From positions 1,922,001 through 1,986,000 of the forward strand of contig MU004183.1 in assembly GCA_010093605.1 (NCBI GenBank): a stretch of 64,000 bases of DNA. The letters run 5' to 3'. How positions within the stretch are numbered: position 1 is the stretch's first letter; each line of letters opens with the position of its first letter. Of this stretch, positions 24,588 to 36,797 are shown piece by piece. The position numbers and the translations under genes were made by a program. Source of the DNA: Lophium mytilinum (taxonomy: Eukaryota). The notes below the pieces were generated by a model. That model saw only the letters and a program-made list of their open reading frames with translations, was not told the origin of the DNA and searched no databases.

Positions 24588-25657
24588 GGCTTCTGCTCAT
24601 GGAATCCGCGAAAATGAGCAACCAGAGAAACCACGGGGAGGAGCGTGCAGTTTGGAGCTGGATGGACATCATATACGAGGCTGCGCCCGCATTCCCAGTT
24701 GAGGTCGTTCTGCGTGGTTGTGCATGCGGCGTAGATTGGCCCAGCCTCAAAGCCAAGGAAACACTATGTCCTACCCAATGAGAGCAACCCCGTCAACCAG
24801 TTTATTGATCCATTTGGTGGTGGCATAGTCTCGCATTCATGCCCTCGCTGTGCCTCCTCCCAAAGTTTACAGACTGTGCCGTAAAGCTAGAATTGGTTGG
24901 CTGCCAGGGCTCAGCGGCTAAGTCGACGACGGGTCAAACCACATTGACTGTCTGTCACACAGTTCATCACACTCTCTCAGCGCTATGAGTGAGTACATCG
25001 TAAAAACTTATCTTCTTGTATCCCTTGGCCCCTCGTGGCGCAACGCCTTTCTGTTGACACCGTTTGAGGTGGCCCACAAAGGTTTTAGCTTTGTTAAAAC
25101 TATCCTTTTCCGATCTCTTTCAATGTACTACAGGACCCCAGACGGTGCTAGGCTAATGTACGAAAAGCCTAGTGGGCATGCGTTGCTCAAATATTTCGCT
25201 GTAGCTCTCATCACTCGAAGCTCCCTATTGGTCGTATTCTTATCAATATCTATCGTAGAGCCAAATGCGACGGGCCAAGGGATAGTCGATTATCGCTGCT
25301 CGGGGTAGCCTGATACCTCACCAAAAGTCCGAGTAGAAGATTTCCTGATTTAGCTGTGTAGTATCCGATGAGACCTTGCGATAAATGGGAGTAGATAAGT
25401 AGCTCCACGTGTGCAAACGGGCTTGTTCCGTGAAGCTCAGTATTCATGGTTCAATGCCGAGCCGTCGTCCGGCACCAGCATAGAGCTCTATGGTCTTGGA
25501 GTATACAGCTTTTTCTTCTTGAACGAGGTCTTCCTGATCTAAATATTCGTAGACTTATTTACTATTACCGTACCAGGCCATGAGAATTGTTACTTCAACG
25601 AGGGCCAGCTTCGAATTTCTAGGACTGGCTCGTAGCTGGAGTCTCGTGCTAGCTGGG

Positions 25658-26593
25658 TCATGGTGACGTTCCGTAGTACCGCTCGGAGTTCCAGCGACAC
25701 GACAAGTAGCCCACCCGTCTCTTCAGCATCATCCTATCCTCGTCAAGCCAATCGCCAGAGGGTCCTTGAATCCGTGGGCCGGTGTATCCCCGCTTGGAAG
25801 CGTAGCTATTAACTTTATTCTCACTCATTACCATGTCATCTAGAACCTTTGCATCGATTGCTTCGCCAGCAAAAGCGTTTTCCCGGCCTTCTAAGTGAAA
25901 AACAAAGTTCACAGCAGTAATGATGTCTGTCGTTACTTCAGTGGTATTTGCATCGACGTATCCCTCACAATCTTCCCGAATGAGGCCGAAGTCGATGGGG
26001 GCTGACAGTTGTGACTCGTCTAGTGTGCGAATAAGTCGATACGCCTTCTTATAAGGATCTACCGCAGGTTCATGATCTTTGGTTTGAAGCATGATCAGAG
26101 AACGGAAGAGTGGCTTCACTTTGTACAGATCGCGCTGGTCGTGATTATAACCCCAAAGCTCGCTTTGTGGGTGCATTGATGGGATGAAGTTGTCCGCCTG
26201 AGAGCAAAGGGCCTTGTGGAGGGCAATGATTTCTTCGGTTGGGCATAATCCGGTGCTGTGTGCGGGACATTTGATGTCTATGGGTTTTGCAAGGAAACTT
26301 GAAAATTCCAGGTTCGTCCGGTTCGTCTCGTTTGGTTCGAGCCATTGTCGATGTATGAAAGCATGTATACTGATTGGGTCATGTCGTAGACCCCAGCTGT
26401 TATAGAGAGCTGTCGATTTATGGCAGACATCTTGTATTTGATCTTGTGGTAGTAGCGGTAGGGGAAGCTCAGACGAAACGCAAACTCTGTGATAGACCCA
26501 CGTGAGAGTTGTTCTCTGGCGGTGACGAATTTCGCGATCGTATCGGAGGGCGAGGAAAACCTCATCGGTGGTGAGCTGTTTGACATTGGCCAT
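25658..26593 (-). CDS. Hypothetical protein (311 aa)
   Basis: Long intronless ATG-initiated ORF with protein-like composition. No family recognised. Confidence 0.65.
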   Translation of the reverse strand: MANVKQLTTDEVFLALRYDREIRHRQRTTLTWVYHRVCVSSELPLPLLPQDQIQDVCHKSTALYNSWGLRHDPISIHAFIHRQWLEPNETNRTNLEFSSFLAKPIDIKCPAHSTGLCPTEEIIALHKALCSQADNFIPSMHPQSELWGYNHDQRDLYKVKPLFRSLIMLQTKDHEPAVDPYKKAYRLIRTLDESQLSAPIDFGLIREDCEGYVDANTTEVTTDIITAVNFVFHLEGRENAFAGEAIDAKVLDDMVMSENKVNSYASKRGYTGPRIQGPSGDWLDEDRMMLKRRVGYLSCRWNSERYYGTSP

Positions 26594-27245
26594 GGCGGCT
26601 TATACTTCTAGAGGCGTGTGGGATATTGAGGTACTTCTGCGAAAAGGCGCGGGACTTGTGCGGCGAGGGATGACGGATGGGACGATAAAAAGGCGGTTGT
26701 GCGCTGGGCGTCAGGAGGAACCGTGGAACGCTCCGTCATCCTCCCATGGATATCTCGCCGAAGTTCCACAGTCTCATTTCTCCATGACCATCGCCTCAGA
26801 CAATCAGAATCTACCTGGGATTGATAAAGCCGGAAAATGAAGACAAGACGATCCGTGAGTTCTATTTTGTAATAGTCAAAGTGGCATTATCTCTCAAATC
26901 ATATGTATATCGTATAAAGAAAAAACTCAGGAAAGAACAGCAAAAAGATGATAGAATCTTTGATTTTGAGTTGAACTTCCATTGACCCTTGGCTCTGAAG
27001 TCATCGTCCAGATACCGATATGCTTCAATACTCAATTCTCAACCACGTTGCAATCCTCAGCCTGAAAAGTCGTCGTGGCGGAGTGACCAAGCTGCCCAAA
27101 GTTCATCCGCGCCTCTCCATAACCTCCCGAAGAGCCGGCGTGTGCAGCGACCCATGTACAAGGAAAGTCTCAAATAATAGTAGATAGAAGTAATAGTCTG
27201 ATCAAATATCTAATGCATATATAGACAGCGAAGCTATCTCCTCAT

Positions 27246-27325
27246 AAAAGAGACTAACTTCGCCACCCGTACCTTGTTTCTCAAGAAAAGAGACTAACTT
27301 CGCCACCCGTACCTTGTTTCTCAAG
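27246..27325. repeat. Perfect 40-bp tandem duplication in the permease 3' UTR
   Basis: aaaagagactaacttcgccacccgtaccttgtttctcaag at 27246-27285 and 27286-27325. Confidence 0.95.
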
Positions 27326-27347
27326 AAAGAACCCATCCCAAACCTTC

Positions 27348-29061
27348 TTAATTGAAAATAAACCCTAGCGTCTTCGAAGTCTTCGCTTTGAACCCAGTCT
27401 TCTTCGCCTCCGGATCCTTATCCGCATAAAATCGTCTGTGCGCATCCAAATCAATCGTGCTCGCATCCACCCACCACGGCCCCCTATAGTACAGCCTCGC
27501 ACCAAAGTAGAGAACCAAGATCGCAATGACGCTGACATAGTTTGCGAAGAACGTCTTCGCCGAGCTCGGCTTCCCCAGCGGCCACACGGCAAGATAGAAT
27601 TCCACGACCATGAGCACCATGCACCAGATCAGCCCCCACCACGCGGCATACGGGTACGTCCAGCTCTTCCACGGGAGCTCAGCCACGTCACGGCCTTGCA
27701 GCTTCCACGTGTAGCGCATGCGGATGTGCGAGAAGCAAATCATGCCCCAGCCGAACAGCGTGAACAAAGAGGTGAGGTTCGAGAACCAGGTGAAGACGTT
27801 CGAGGCGCTGTTGTTGACGTTGAGGTAGGCGAGGCCGCCGCCGAGGACGAGCGTCACCAGAAGGCCGAGCCACGGACGGCCGGTCTTGTCGGCGCGCGCG
27901 AACTGGCGGGGTGCCATGCCGAGATGGGCGAGGCCCATGGTGGTGCGAGAGCCGCCGTAGCCGGAAATACTACCGGTGGAGAGAACCGATATGAATATTA
28001 CCGCGTTCATGATGTGTGCGAGGGGCTGGAGGCCGGCTTCGCGGTAGGCGATGACGAAGGGACTGGCATTGGTGCCGGAGCCGCCGAAGATGTCGGGGTT
28101 GTACGGGGAGACGTTAATGGTGACCATCAAGGAGCCCAGGAGGTAGAAGAGTGAGAGGCGCAGCCAGATGGAGCCAATGGCGCGAGGGACTGATTTGCGC
28201 GGGTTGGCGGTTTCGGCGGCGACGAGGCCTGAGTTTTCGGACCCAGACATGGCAAAGATACAGGTAGGGAGGACATTGAGGAAGCCTTTGAAGCCATGGG
28301 TAAACGGACTTGAGTTCCAGTAGCGGAACCCGACCGCCTCGTGGTTTGGTGCACCTCCAGCGGATATGACTGTTGTTTGTTCATTAATACTGGCTTTGAT
28401 GTTTATGTGAGCGATTGAGACTTACCAATCATAGAGATGATGACAACAAAAATCCACCCAAACTTTATACTAGAAGCTATGACCTCAACCTCACCGAACA
28501 CTGATACAGCACAGACGTTGATGAGGACGATCACGACCAGGAAGATAGTAATCCATGCAGCAACAGGGACCTTGTCGGTCCAGAAACTCAAGACTGTGAC
28601 AATACCCTGAAGACGATGTCAATGCCGATGTCTAAAATGGAAGCCTACGCGGGACCTACCTGCAATTCATTGGCAATGGTGATGCAGTATGAGAACCAGT
28701 ATGCCCAACCAAGAGCGAAAGCAGCTGATGGGTCGACAAACTTCCCAGTCCATTGGACAAACGCAGATGGGAGCGGATACATGACGGCCATCTCTCCGAT
28801 AGAGTGGCTAACAGACCAGATCATCGACCCGGCAAGGACATATCCAATGAAGATACCAGCTGGACCGCCCGAGGAAAGGGATTCTCCAGATCCAAGCCAC
28901 AGGCCCATGCCAATTGAAGAGCCCAGAGCGATCATGGTCAAATGACGGGTGCTGAGTAGGCGGCGAAGCTCTGTATCAGCGCCATGGTCGCCCTCCGAGA
29001 TGACGTGTTGCGGCTCCTTTGAGACGCCCTTCTCATCATGAGAATACCCCACGGGGTCCAT
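27348..29061 (-). CDS. Amino-acid permease (APC/YAT family)
   Basis: LSTRHLTMIALGSSIGMGLWLGSG, GPAG, FGEVE, GFRYW, AAETANPRKSVPRA and SPFVIA motifs. Introns 28607-28659 and 28370-28425. Confidence 0.95.
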
Positions 29062-30861
29062 GCTGGCGGCGATGATGTGGTGTCTTGCAAACGTTGCTCT
29101 GGTGTTTTGCAAACACTAGCAGAAGAAGTTGAGCTACGGCCTTGAATGATATGTAGATCCACGTCGGCGTAATAGATGAAAACGAATATTGAGCTGAGAG
29201 CAAGATATGGACAAATTGGGTCCTAGAGATAGACTATATGGATAGGAGTCTCCACCGCTGTAATGCGTGAAAATCACACGAGAGAACGAACGAGGCTGGT
29301 GCTAGGACGCGGCGATACATATATGTGTACGACCACAACTGCAGGCGTTTGAGGGAGCCACACTTTCAAGAGATAAGGGTAGGACGGCACAGGAGGTAAA
29401 TCAACCGCAGTCTTCATCGATGCAGGGAGGGCCGTGGATCATCTCAGTTTGAGGTGGACGACCTTCCAAAGAGGGGATGAACTGATTGAACCGCGTCAGT
29501 ACTCAAGCGAAAAGCATGGCACGAGTTCGTCTGGGCAAATGCGAAGGCATCTTAAGATGATACCTAGGTACGCGTCCCGCACAATGGTTGGCACAGCGTT
29601 GCCCAGGTAGCCTGATCAAACCGATAAGCCTGCCACAGCACCTACTGTAGGATCTTCATGGGAGGCATCCGGTCAACTGCCGGTCCCGCCAATGTGAAGC
29701 ACAGAGGTGATACACTCGGTGTGCAAGAGAGACACAAGAGAAGTGCGCGATTAGTGACCAAGCCGGGACCAAGAGCCGAACTGTGGGGTTGATGGCTGAG
29801 GAACCTCTGCAATTTGACCTGTTGCGGGCTTGAACATACACAGCAAGCTTCACAACGGCTTCAAAGACCTCATGGAGCCTCAAAGACAATCAACGAAGCT
29901 GCAGCGTTGCCTTGAAGCTGCAATGCATCGCCTATTAAACCTCTCACGCCAGATAAGGAGTGTGTTGACGCAATGCACAACACATGTTGCTCATCCGTAT
30001 CTTTCTTGGAAGGCTTCCAGAAGGACGAGGATGTCGGGCCGTGTACTATGTATGCATGGAAGGCCTTGGTGGTGGTGTGGTGTCCAGATAGCGGCAAGAT
30101 GCTGCAGAGGTTGGAGATACACAGCAGCAAGGGGTTGGCAATCTCTTGCCTCATACGTCAATGGCTGATAGGGGATTCGTGGGGGTGCCTAGTGCCCAGT
30201 ATCCAATGCGCATGAAGGTGTGAAGGCTACTCCTTGGTGTTGGTAGCTGGCTTATCCCCGGTCAATTGGAGGCGTTGGGCTTTATCTGCGGAGTATGGAG
30301 CTCTGAATCCAACGTGAAATGGCCGGTTCGGTACGACGCGGGGCATGGAAATAGTGGCACTCTATTCTGCCTTTCGTACACCAGTCTAGTCTGCCGCTGC
30401 TTGTAGTGCTTTAATGAAGTTTCGAAAACTAGAATAATTTGGAAGCTCCTACCTAGCTCTGGGCGATGTTGAAAATTGTTAAAGCTCTCTAGACATTGGC
30501 AAACAATTGTACCACAAAGCAGTGTGGTAAGCTAAGTGGCAACAGGAAGTGGCAATCCACGAATCACAGAGGTATACCCACTATTTCTATACTTGCGTAC
30601 GCTGATTTAGCACGGCTCGAGGTCCTCTAGTATTCTATTGCTTTTCATCAAATACAAGCTTTGGGAAGCCTGGTAGCTTTTCGGGCCACCCCAGACGGCG
30701 CTGTTTGAGTGTGCCACTTTTTTCCTGCCTAGCGTGGGAACTTGGGGTCGTCGGCCATGCTGCAAGGGTACCTAGTTGCAGGTAGAAACATGTCTTGTGG
30801 GAAATGCAGTATCGCTCCTCGAGATAGCGGCTATTGAATGAAGCAGGTCAACGGAACACGA

Positions 30862-30898
30862 GAAGACGAAGACGAAGATGAAGATGAAGATGAAGATG
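30862..30898. repeat. (GAAGAY)n hexanucleotide microsatellite
   Basis: gaagacgaagacgaagatgaagatgaagatgaagatg. Confidence 0.85.
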
Positions 30899-33354
30899 GG
30901 ACGAGATGGCAGAAAATCAAGGCTTCTAAATGTCTCCTGATTCGTCCAAGTACCTCAAAATCTAGTAACCAATGATGTGGCTGAAAAAGATCTGAAGTCA
31001 GCAACTCAATCCTAGACGCATATCCCGTCCCTAGTCCGTTTTCGTTTCTAGTCCGTCTCCGTCTCCATCTCTGGCGCGTCGCGTTACCATTTACGCTATC
31101 TCTCGCTCTGCGCGATTCTCGTGTCGTTTCACACGAACTCCCTTCTGTACGACGCCACAACGCTGTTCACCAGCAACCTCACACGGGCGTCGACCATCGG
31201 AGAGCTTGAACGCCCAATAATCTTTGGCAGGAGTACTTTAGACGCTCTGCGAACCTGATATTCGAGGAGGCCTAGGGATTTCGGGTTGGAGAGACAGAGC
31301 ACACCTTATCAACATCACCTCTTCCCCCTAAAACTCGTTGGTACTTGGCTTCTACGCTCTCTAATCGTCGATTCATTTCTTGCGAAAATGGACCGCCAAC
31401 TTCGCTTGTGTCATTTGGCAGGTCATGATTATTACTTCTTGCTGCTAGGCACGCACACAATCCGCAGTTGGCTGAGCTATAGGTTTGGTCCTGTTCGATA
31501 TCCGTGATAACTTGAGTCTTGCATATTCAAGATTTGTACTTTCACTTTTCACTTCTCTCAATTTCGGTTTCTTATCTGTTCAAAGTTCGAATCGTCTATG
31601 TAAGGCAATGGGCTCTTTTACTAAACCGACTGGGCCGCCCATCAAGAGCAGGATATGATCGACTCATACACAGCCGCCGCTCACGATTGAAGACGTCGCC
31701 AAGAGGGAGCAGACTAAATTAACTTGTCAGCGAGTAGGGCTTATAGCCTCACCGTTAGGACTCCAATGTCAGCACCGCCACCCTGGTGTCGTGTATTCTA
31801 CCGGTACGAGCATCGCTCTAACTCATTGCAGCTCGCGTAGAACTTACATCAAGACCCGGCTCGGCTAATGATCACTGTTGCAATCGATCTATGATCGTCG
31901 CAGTCTATTACTGCGTTCCTGTTTCAGATTACAGCTCGTTACTCTGAAGCTATGTCCAGATGAGTCCCGGAGTGGATAGATCCGATCCATCTTGACTGTA
32001 AAAATGAGAGCTAAGAGTAGGTCTCAACATATCTCACAGACTAATAGTCCAAAGATTTCGTCTTATAATAACGCTAGGTGGCCATGCAGCCCCGCGGAGA
32101 TGAGCCATTCCGACACACTAAACGCGTGGTGTTGTTCCACGTTACATCAGCACCGGCCCAGACGATGCAGTCGTTACAACGGGCCGATCGAAGAATACAA
32201 TCGCGGGTATATTGAGACCGAGAACTCAGCCCTGTATCTAGCGCGGGCTCTGGCGGGGCTCAGTTCTGGAAGCGAACCTACACCTTCGGTGCATATGAAT
32301 AGTTGTAGGCCAAGAACGGGCTCTACATCTCCCGGGGGCGGTTATGAAGCTTAATTCCTTCCGGTGGCTAATGACTGAAATCGCCACAGGGAAGGGTACG
32401 CTTATAGAGGTGTGATAGCTGCCACCTTGGTTCCAACAGGGCTTATGTGCATATGTTTACGCCTCCGGCTCGGTACAAGGGGCTTGGATGGTCACCATAC
32501 TCCGCGGAATGGACTGCGGGATGCGATGCGCTTATTCTATGGAGATGATTCGCGATGTATCCAACAGCTTGCCCGCCTTAACAGGGGTGAAGCCGCGTCA
32601 AGCTGCCTATCAGAGCACGACGAGCTGCTAGCAAAAGTCTATTCGCTGATCTCTTCAAGGCTCCGGAGAAACACTACGCGTTATTAGTAATCAATCCTCG
32701 TCAGTTCTGGGACGTGATTGTAGCAGGTGCAATCAATTTGACTGCTTGCACCTATCGTAAGGCTGTGGGAGGTAATGTCTCAAGGCACCAAGTATCCGCC
32801 AGCCAGTTCTCCAATCAAGGCTATACCACTGAAAACCACATTCGCTCATGCACCGCTTCGGCGGTGCGCATTGCAGTACATTATCTCAGATCAGCCACTC
32901 CCAATTTGAATGGGGAGGCCTCACGGTGTGGTAATATCTAACTAAGCCTTGAGGCGCCCCGCTAACTTTCCCTTAGTCTTGTCTCGGGTGTTCCTGTGCA
33001 GGGGGAGGGGTTGGAAAGGCCCGAGTACCTATGCCGCTTGTCGCCGTCAAGGGATATTCATATGGCATGGGTGCATATTATGTCCGTTGACAGCTTGAAG
33101 ACGTTGGTAATTACTTCATTGGTTTTAATGAAAGAGTGCCCTCAATTCTAGCATTCCAGCTTATCTTCATATCATATCCAGGTGTCTTGATCATTTTACC
33201 GTCTTCAACGAATATCCCAGCCCGGCGGTACTTGGGATCGTCATTCCACGTGCACATTTTAGCCTGACTCGAGCGCTATCTGCATTTGCAACTTCTAGCA
33301 ACAGACTCTAGAGCATTTCCCGTATTCGTCTCCTGAGCTCTAAATTTCCCAGCG

Positions 33355-35727
33355 ATGCCCCCCAAGACGCTATCTTTTGTATACCACACCAGTTCGACAC
33401 AGGACCTAGATCATGAGACAAAGAAGCTAGTCCGTTCGCAAGCGATGATAGACTATAGACGTCGCCAACGAGAAGAGAAGCGAGGCGAGTAAATTTCTGA
33501 CATATAATGCCCGACCACTCGTCGAAACTGACTGAGGCTTCATCCAGGATTATCTTCTACTCGAGAGAAACAGTCACAGGCCATTGCTAACTTAGAAGGG
33601 GTATCAGATCATGGTACGATCCCCTTGACGACGCAACATTCAGAAGAAGCGTCTGCCGCAAAGCCAGGCTACTTCAAGTTCTCTATCAACGATGCTCCGG
33701 ACGCAGCGCCTACTCGGCTTAAGCATCAGCCCAAACCAGATCTTCCCACACGATCGTCGACAAGAGCGCGCGGACGGGTACCAGATTGTATTGCGGATGC
33801 TGCCCGCTGCCCTGACATGCAGCTTATTGGAGCCAATTCACTTAATTTTCCCAACTACGAGGTTTCCGCAAACTTTTTCCAGGAGGACCAAGCCTATCAC
33901 CTAAAAACACTACTCCCTTCAAGGCAACGTGGCCGTAAGCCCAATTGTTACCAGTCACCAGTAATAGCGTCAGACCCGTACACTTTCTCGACAATCTTTT
34001 CACATGTCGAAAACTGTACGTTCATCAAGCCTCTCATTTCAAGTAGTCTAGCCCATGCCTACGCAGCCCTCCGTCACTTGAAATGAATTCTTGCCATCCA
34101 GGTTGTATCTCTAAAAGTGCTCACTAACTCCTACTATCCAGATGTTTCTTTTCTTCAAGATTCATTCGTCTTAGTGAACGCTAAGACTGAAAAGCCAATC
34201 CCCCTACCAATCCCCCGCTACCCAGATTTATTGGTACGCCAACGACACGGTGAGACCTGCCTATTCTCAGGATGGATCCTCTCCAACGCGCATATGGATG
34301 CCCACATGGGTGCGCCAATCCAGGAGTTCCCTCATTTGCAAGCGGTCGTGTATCGCAATGTCAATGCAAGTCTAGTGCATCCTTTAGAGGGGCCAGTTGC
34401 GATGACCACTGTTGGATCGATTATCGTTATGTCGCTCTTAGAGGTGAGTTTTCAAGGCTGTCTAACCTAAAGTGGTGGGGGATATGCTAATCGTTGGCGA
34501 TTGATCAGATTCTCCGTGGCACCAACAAAGCAGACATTCACCTCGACGGCGTCGCCAGAATATTCGATCTGAACGGTGGGATAGATTCTTTCGAGGACTT
34601 CCGAATCAAGAAGATGCTGTTCATGTGAGCACCCCCTGAACCCAAAACCGACCTCATCTACGATATCTCGCCGAAAGGTCAGGCACAATTGATCATCACT
34701 GCTTGGGCCACGCCTGTAGACTCTTCGATCTTTGACTACAGATGTAAAATATGAAGTAGTGGAAAGCAGATTGCCCTACAGCGGCGTTGATCGAGCACGG
34801 TTATAGCCCAAGCAGTTGTGTATTCGTGTACCCGGATCAATGGACAAGGGCTGTACCGCAACCTGTGCAATTCTAACGTCAACTAGGATTGATATGCTCA
34901 ACGCGACAACCACGTACCACACCTCCAGATTCACTGTAACCGGTCCCCCTAACCTCAGAACCGCTTCCATACCCTACCCTGAAGATTTCTACTTCCCCAG
35001 CTCGCCTCTCATGGTTAGCGGGTGTTTCGAGAATCTGCGCCTGCACAACCCACGCTTCGCCAGTCCAGAAATGATCCAGCTCCTACAAGACGCCTTCAGC
35101 GCCACCGAACAGCTCCAACGATCCCCTGATTCCCGCTCTTTATCACTCTTCCCCACCCGCTCTGACATGCTCTGGAACCCGCTCACGACCATCGATATAT
35201 ACCAAAGCGACCCAGACACCCTCATCGGCCGCGCTGTGCAGTTAGCAGCACGCATCCACTACCGCGTCATAACGTTGCGAGTGCCCTACCACAACCCGGC
35301 GAACGACGAGGATTACACAGCTCTCCTCCAGATCTTACGTTTCGTGAACTTAGGCGCGTGGAGAGGTCTGCCGTATATTTACTTATGGGTGTATGTACCC
35401 CTTCCACTTTCTTCCATACGTTGCCTTTGAATCACCCACACGCTGACTATTGACGACCATAGCCTCCTAACCAGCCACGCTGCCTCCATCCACCGCAGCC
35501 CCTCCGGTCGCGCTTTCCTCGCCTCCGAATTGTGTAGAGTGGGCCTTAGCGTGGGGCTCTGCGACGAGTATGAAGACTTTATGCAGAACCTCTGCAATTT
35601 CCTGTGGTTGCGGCGGACAGTGGAACAGGTACAGGCGCAAAAGGAGGACGCTGCGGCGGCCGTAATCGATCCCGCGCTTTTGGGGTTAGGGGAGGATCTT
35701 ATGGGGAAGGTGTTGGGGCTGAGCTGA
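33355..35727 (+). CDS. Fungal-specific transcription-factor-like protein lacking a Zn2Cys6 cluster (VRSHAM-type N-terminus)
   Basis: Exon 1 reads MPPKTLSFVYHT..KKLVRSQAMIDYRRRQR. Introns 33485-33547 (GC-AG), 34016-34141, 34444-34508, 34624-34886 and 35391-35462 give one continuous frame with ADIHLDGVARIFDLNGG and LPYIYLWVLLT. Confidence 0.75.
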
Positions 35728-35760
35728 AAACCTTGCACACTATGAGAGGAAGGGTTGCGT

Positions 35761-35787
35761 GGGGAGGGGGAGGGGGAGGGGGAGGGG
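35761..35787 (+). repeat. (GGGGGA)n G-rich tract in the 3' UTR
   Basis: ggggagggggagggggagggggagggg; five G-runs, G-quadruplex-capable. Confidence 0.8.
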
Positions 35788-36797
35788 ATAGCGGTCAGTA
35801 GTTTCATTCGTCACGATTTCCCATACAGATATCCATTACCGTCAGCCTTTACATTTACCATCCACATGCACACACCTCGCTACTACGCTTCACCACCACT
35901 CTCACCCAATCAAGACCCATAGCTACCGGCCCGCACACTCTCCCTCCATAGGGAGACAGGATCGGTCTTGCTTACTCCACTGACCTCTCACTCCCCGCCA
36001 CATGTAGGCAGCAAATTCGAAGGTAAAATTTTGGGAGGGGAGATATCTTGGGCTCGAGACACAGCTAGGAAAATCTATCAGTCTCGCCAGACTGCCCGGG
36101 GAAATCCTCGTAAAGAATTAAATAACATATCTCTCTCTTGAGTATACATAACGGAGGTGTGTCTTCCTATATGAGAGAGCTCAGCGGGTGATGGACCGTG
36201 TTGGGGATTGTGCGTTTGAGAAGTAGTGGCTCGTACTACTCAATGCGCACAGCCGACGGACAGCCACCGCGGGATCTGAATGATTGGGCGACGCGTAAGT
36301 CGAGCGGTGTAGTGCTCAGCAGTCTCCCACTTAATTATGTCGCACAGTAGATGATCCTCTGCAAGTCTAGAGATGACCTATCGTTTTTCGATTTCCAATA
36401 AGATCCAAAACTCTCTCCCGTATTCCAGGCTCTACTCGTCCGTACTTCGAGGACCTTCTACGTCCGATCGCCTAAATTATTAGTGTAGGTCTCTGTTTGC
36501 ACTCCTTGCTGTTGCATAGCGTCTTCCGGAAGAACAATCAGAAATTGGAGGTGAGTATGCCGTTGTCCGTCTGACGCCTTCTGAAGTGGTCCGAAACGTT
36601 GAAAGGTTTTTCAAATCATGAGCTTACAACTCATCTAGATTCCTTCCAAACACGCTGAAGCATCTTTGACAGCGGCAAGACTGTACAATCCTGAAGTCAA
36701 ACTACCTGCGAGGGTGTCAGATTAGGGCTTCTCATCTACGCCGGAGCCCACTTCCCCCAAACTTGCCTTCTCTCACGAAAAGATACCAGGCTGCTCA

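Noticed and set aside
29656..32941. Short ORFs in the long intergenic region
   Set aside because: No recognisable domains or consistent exon chain.
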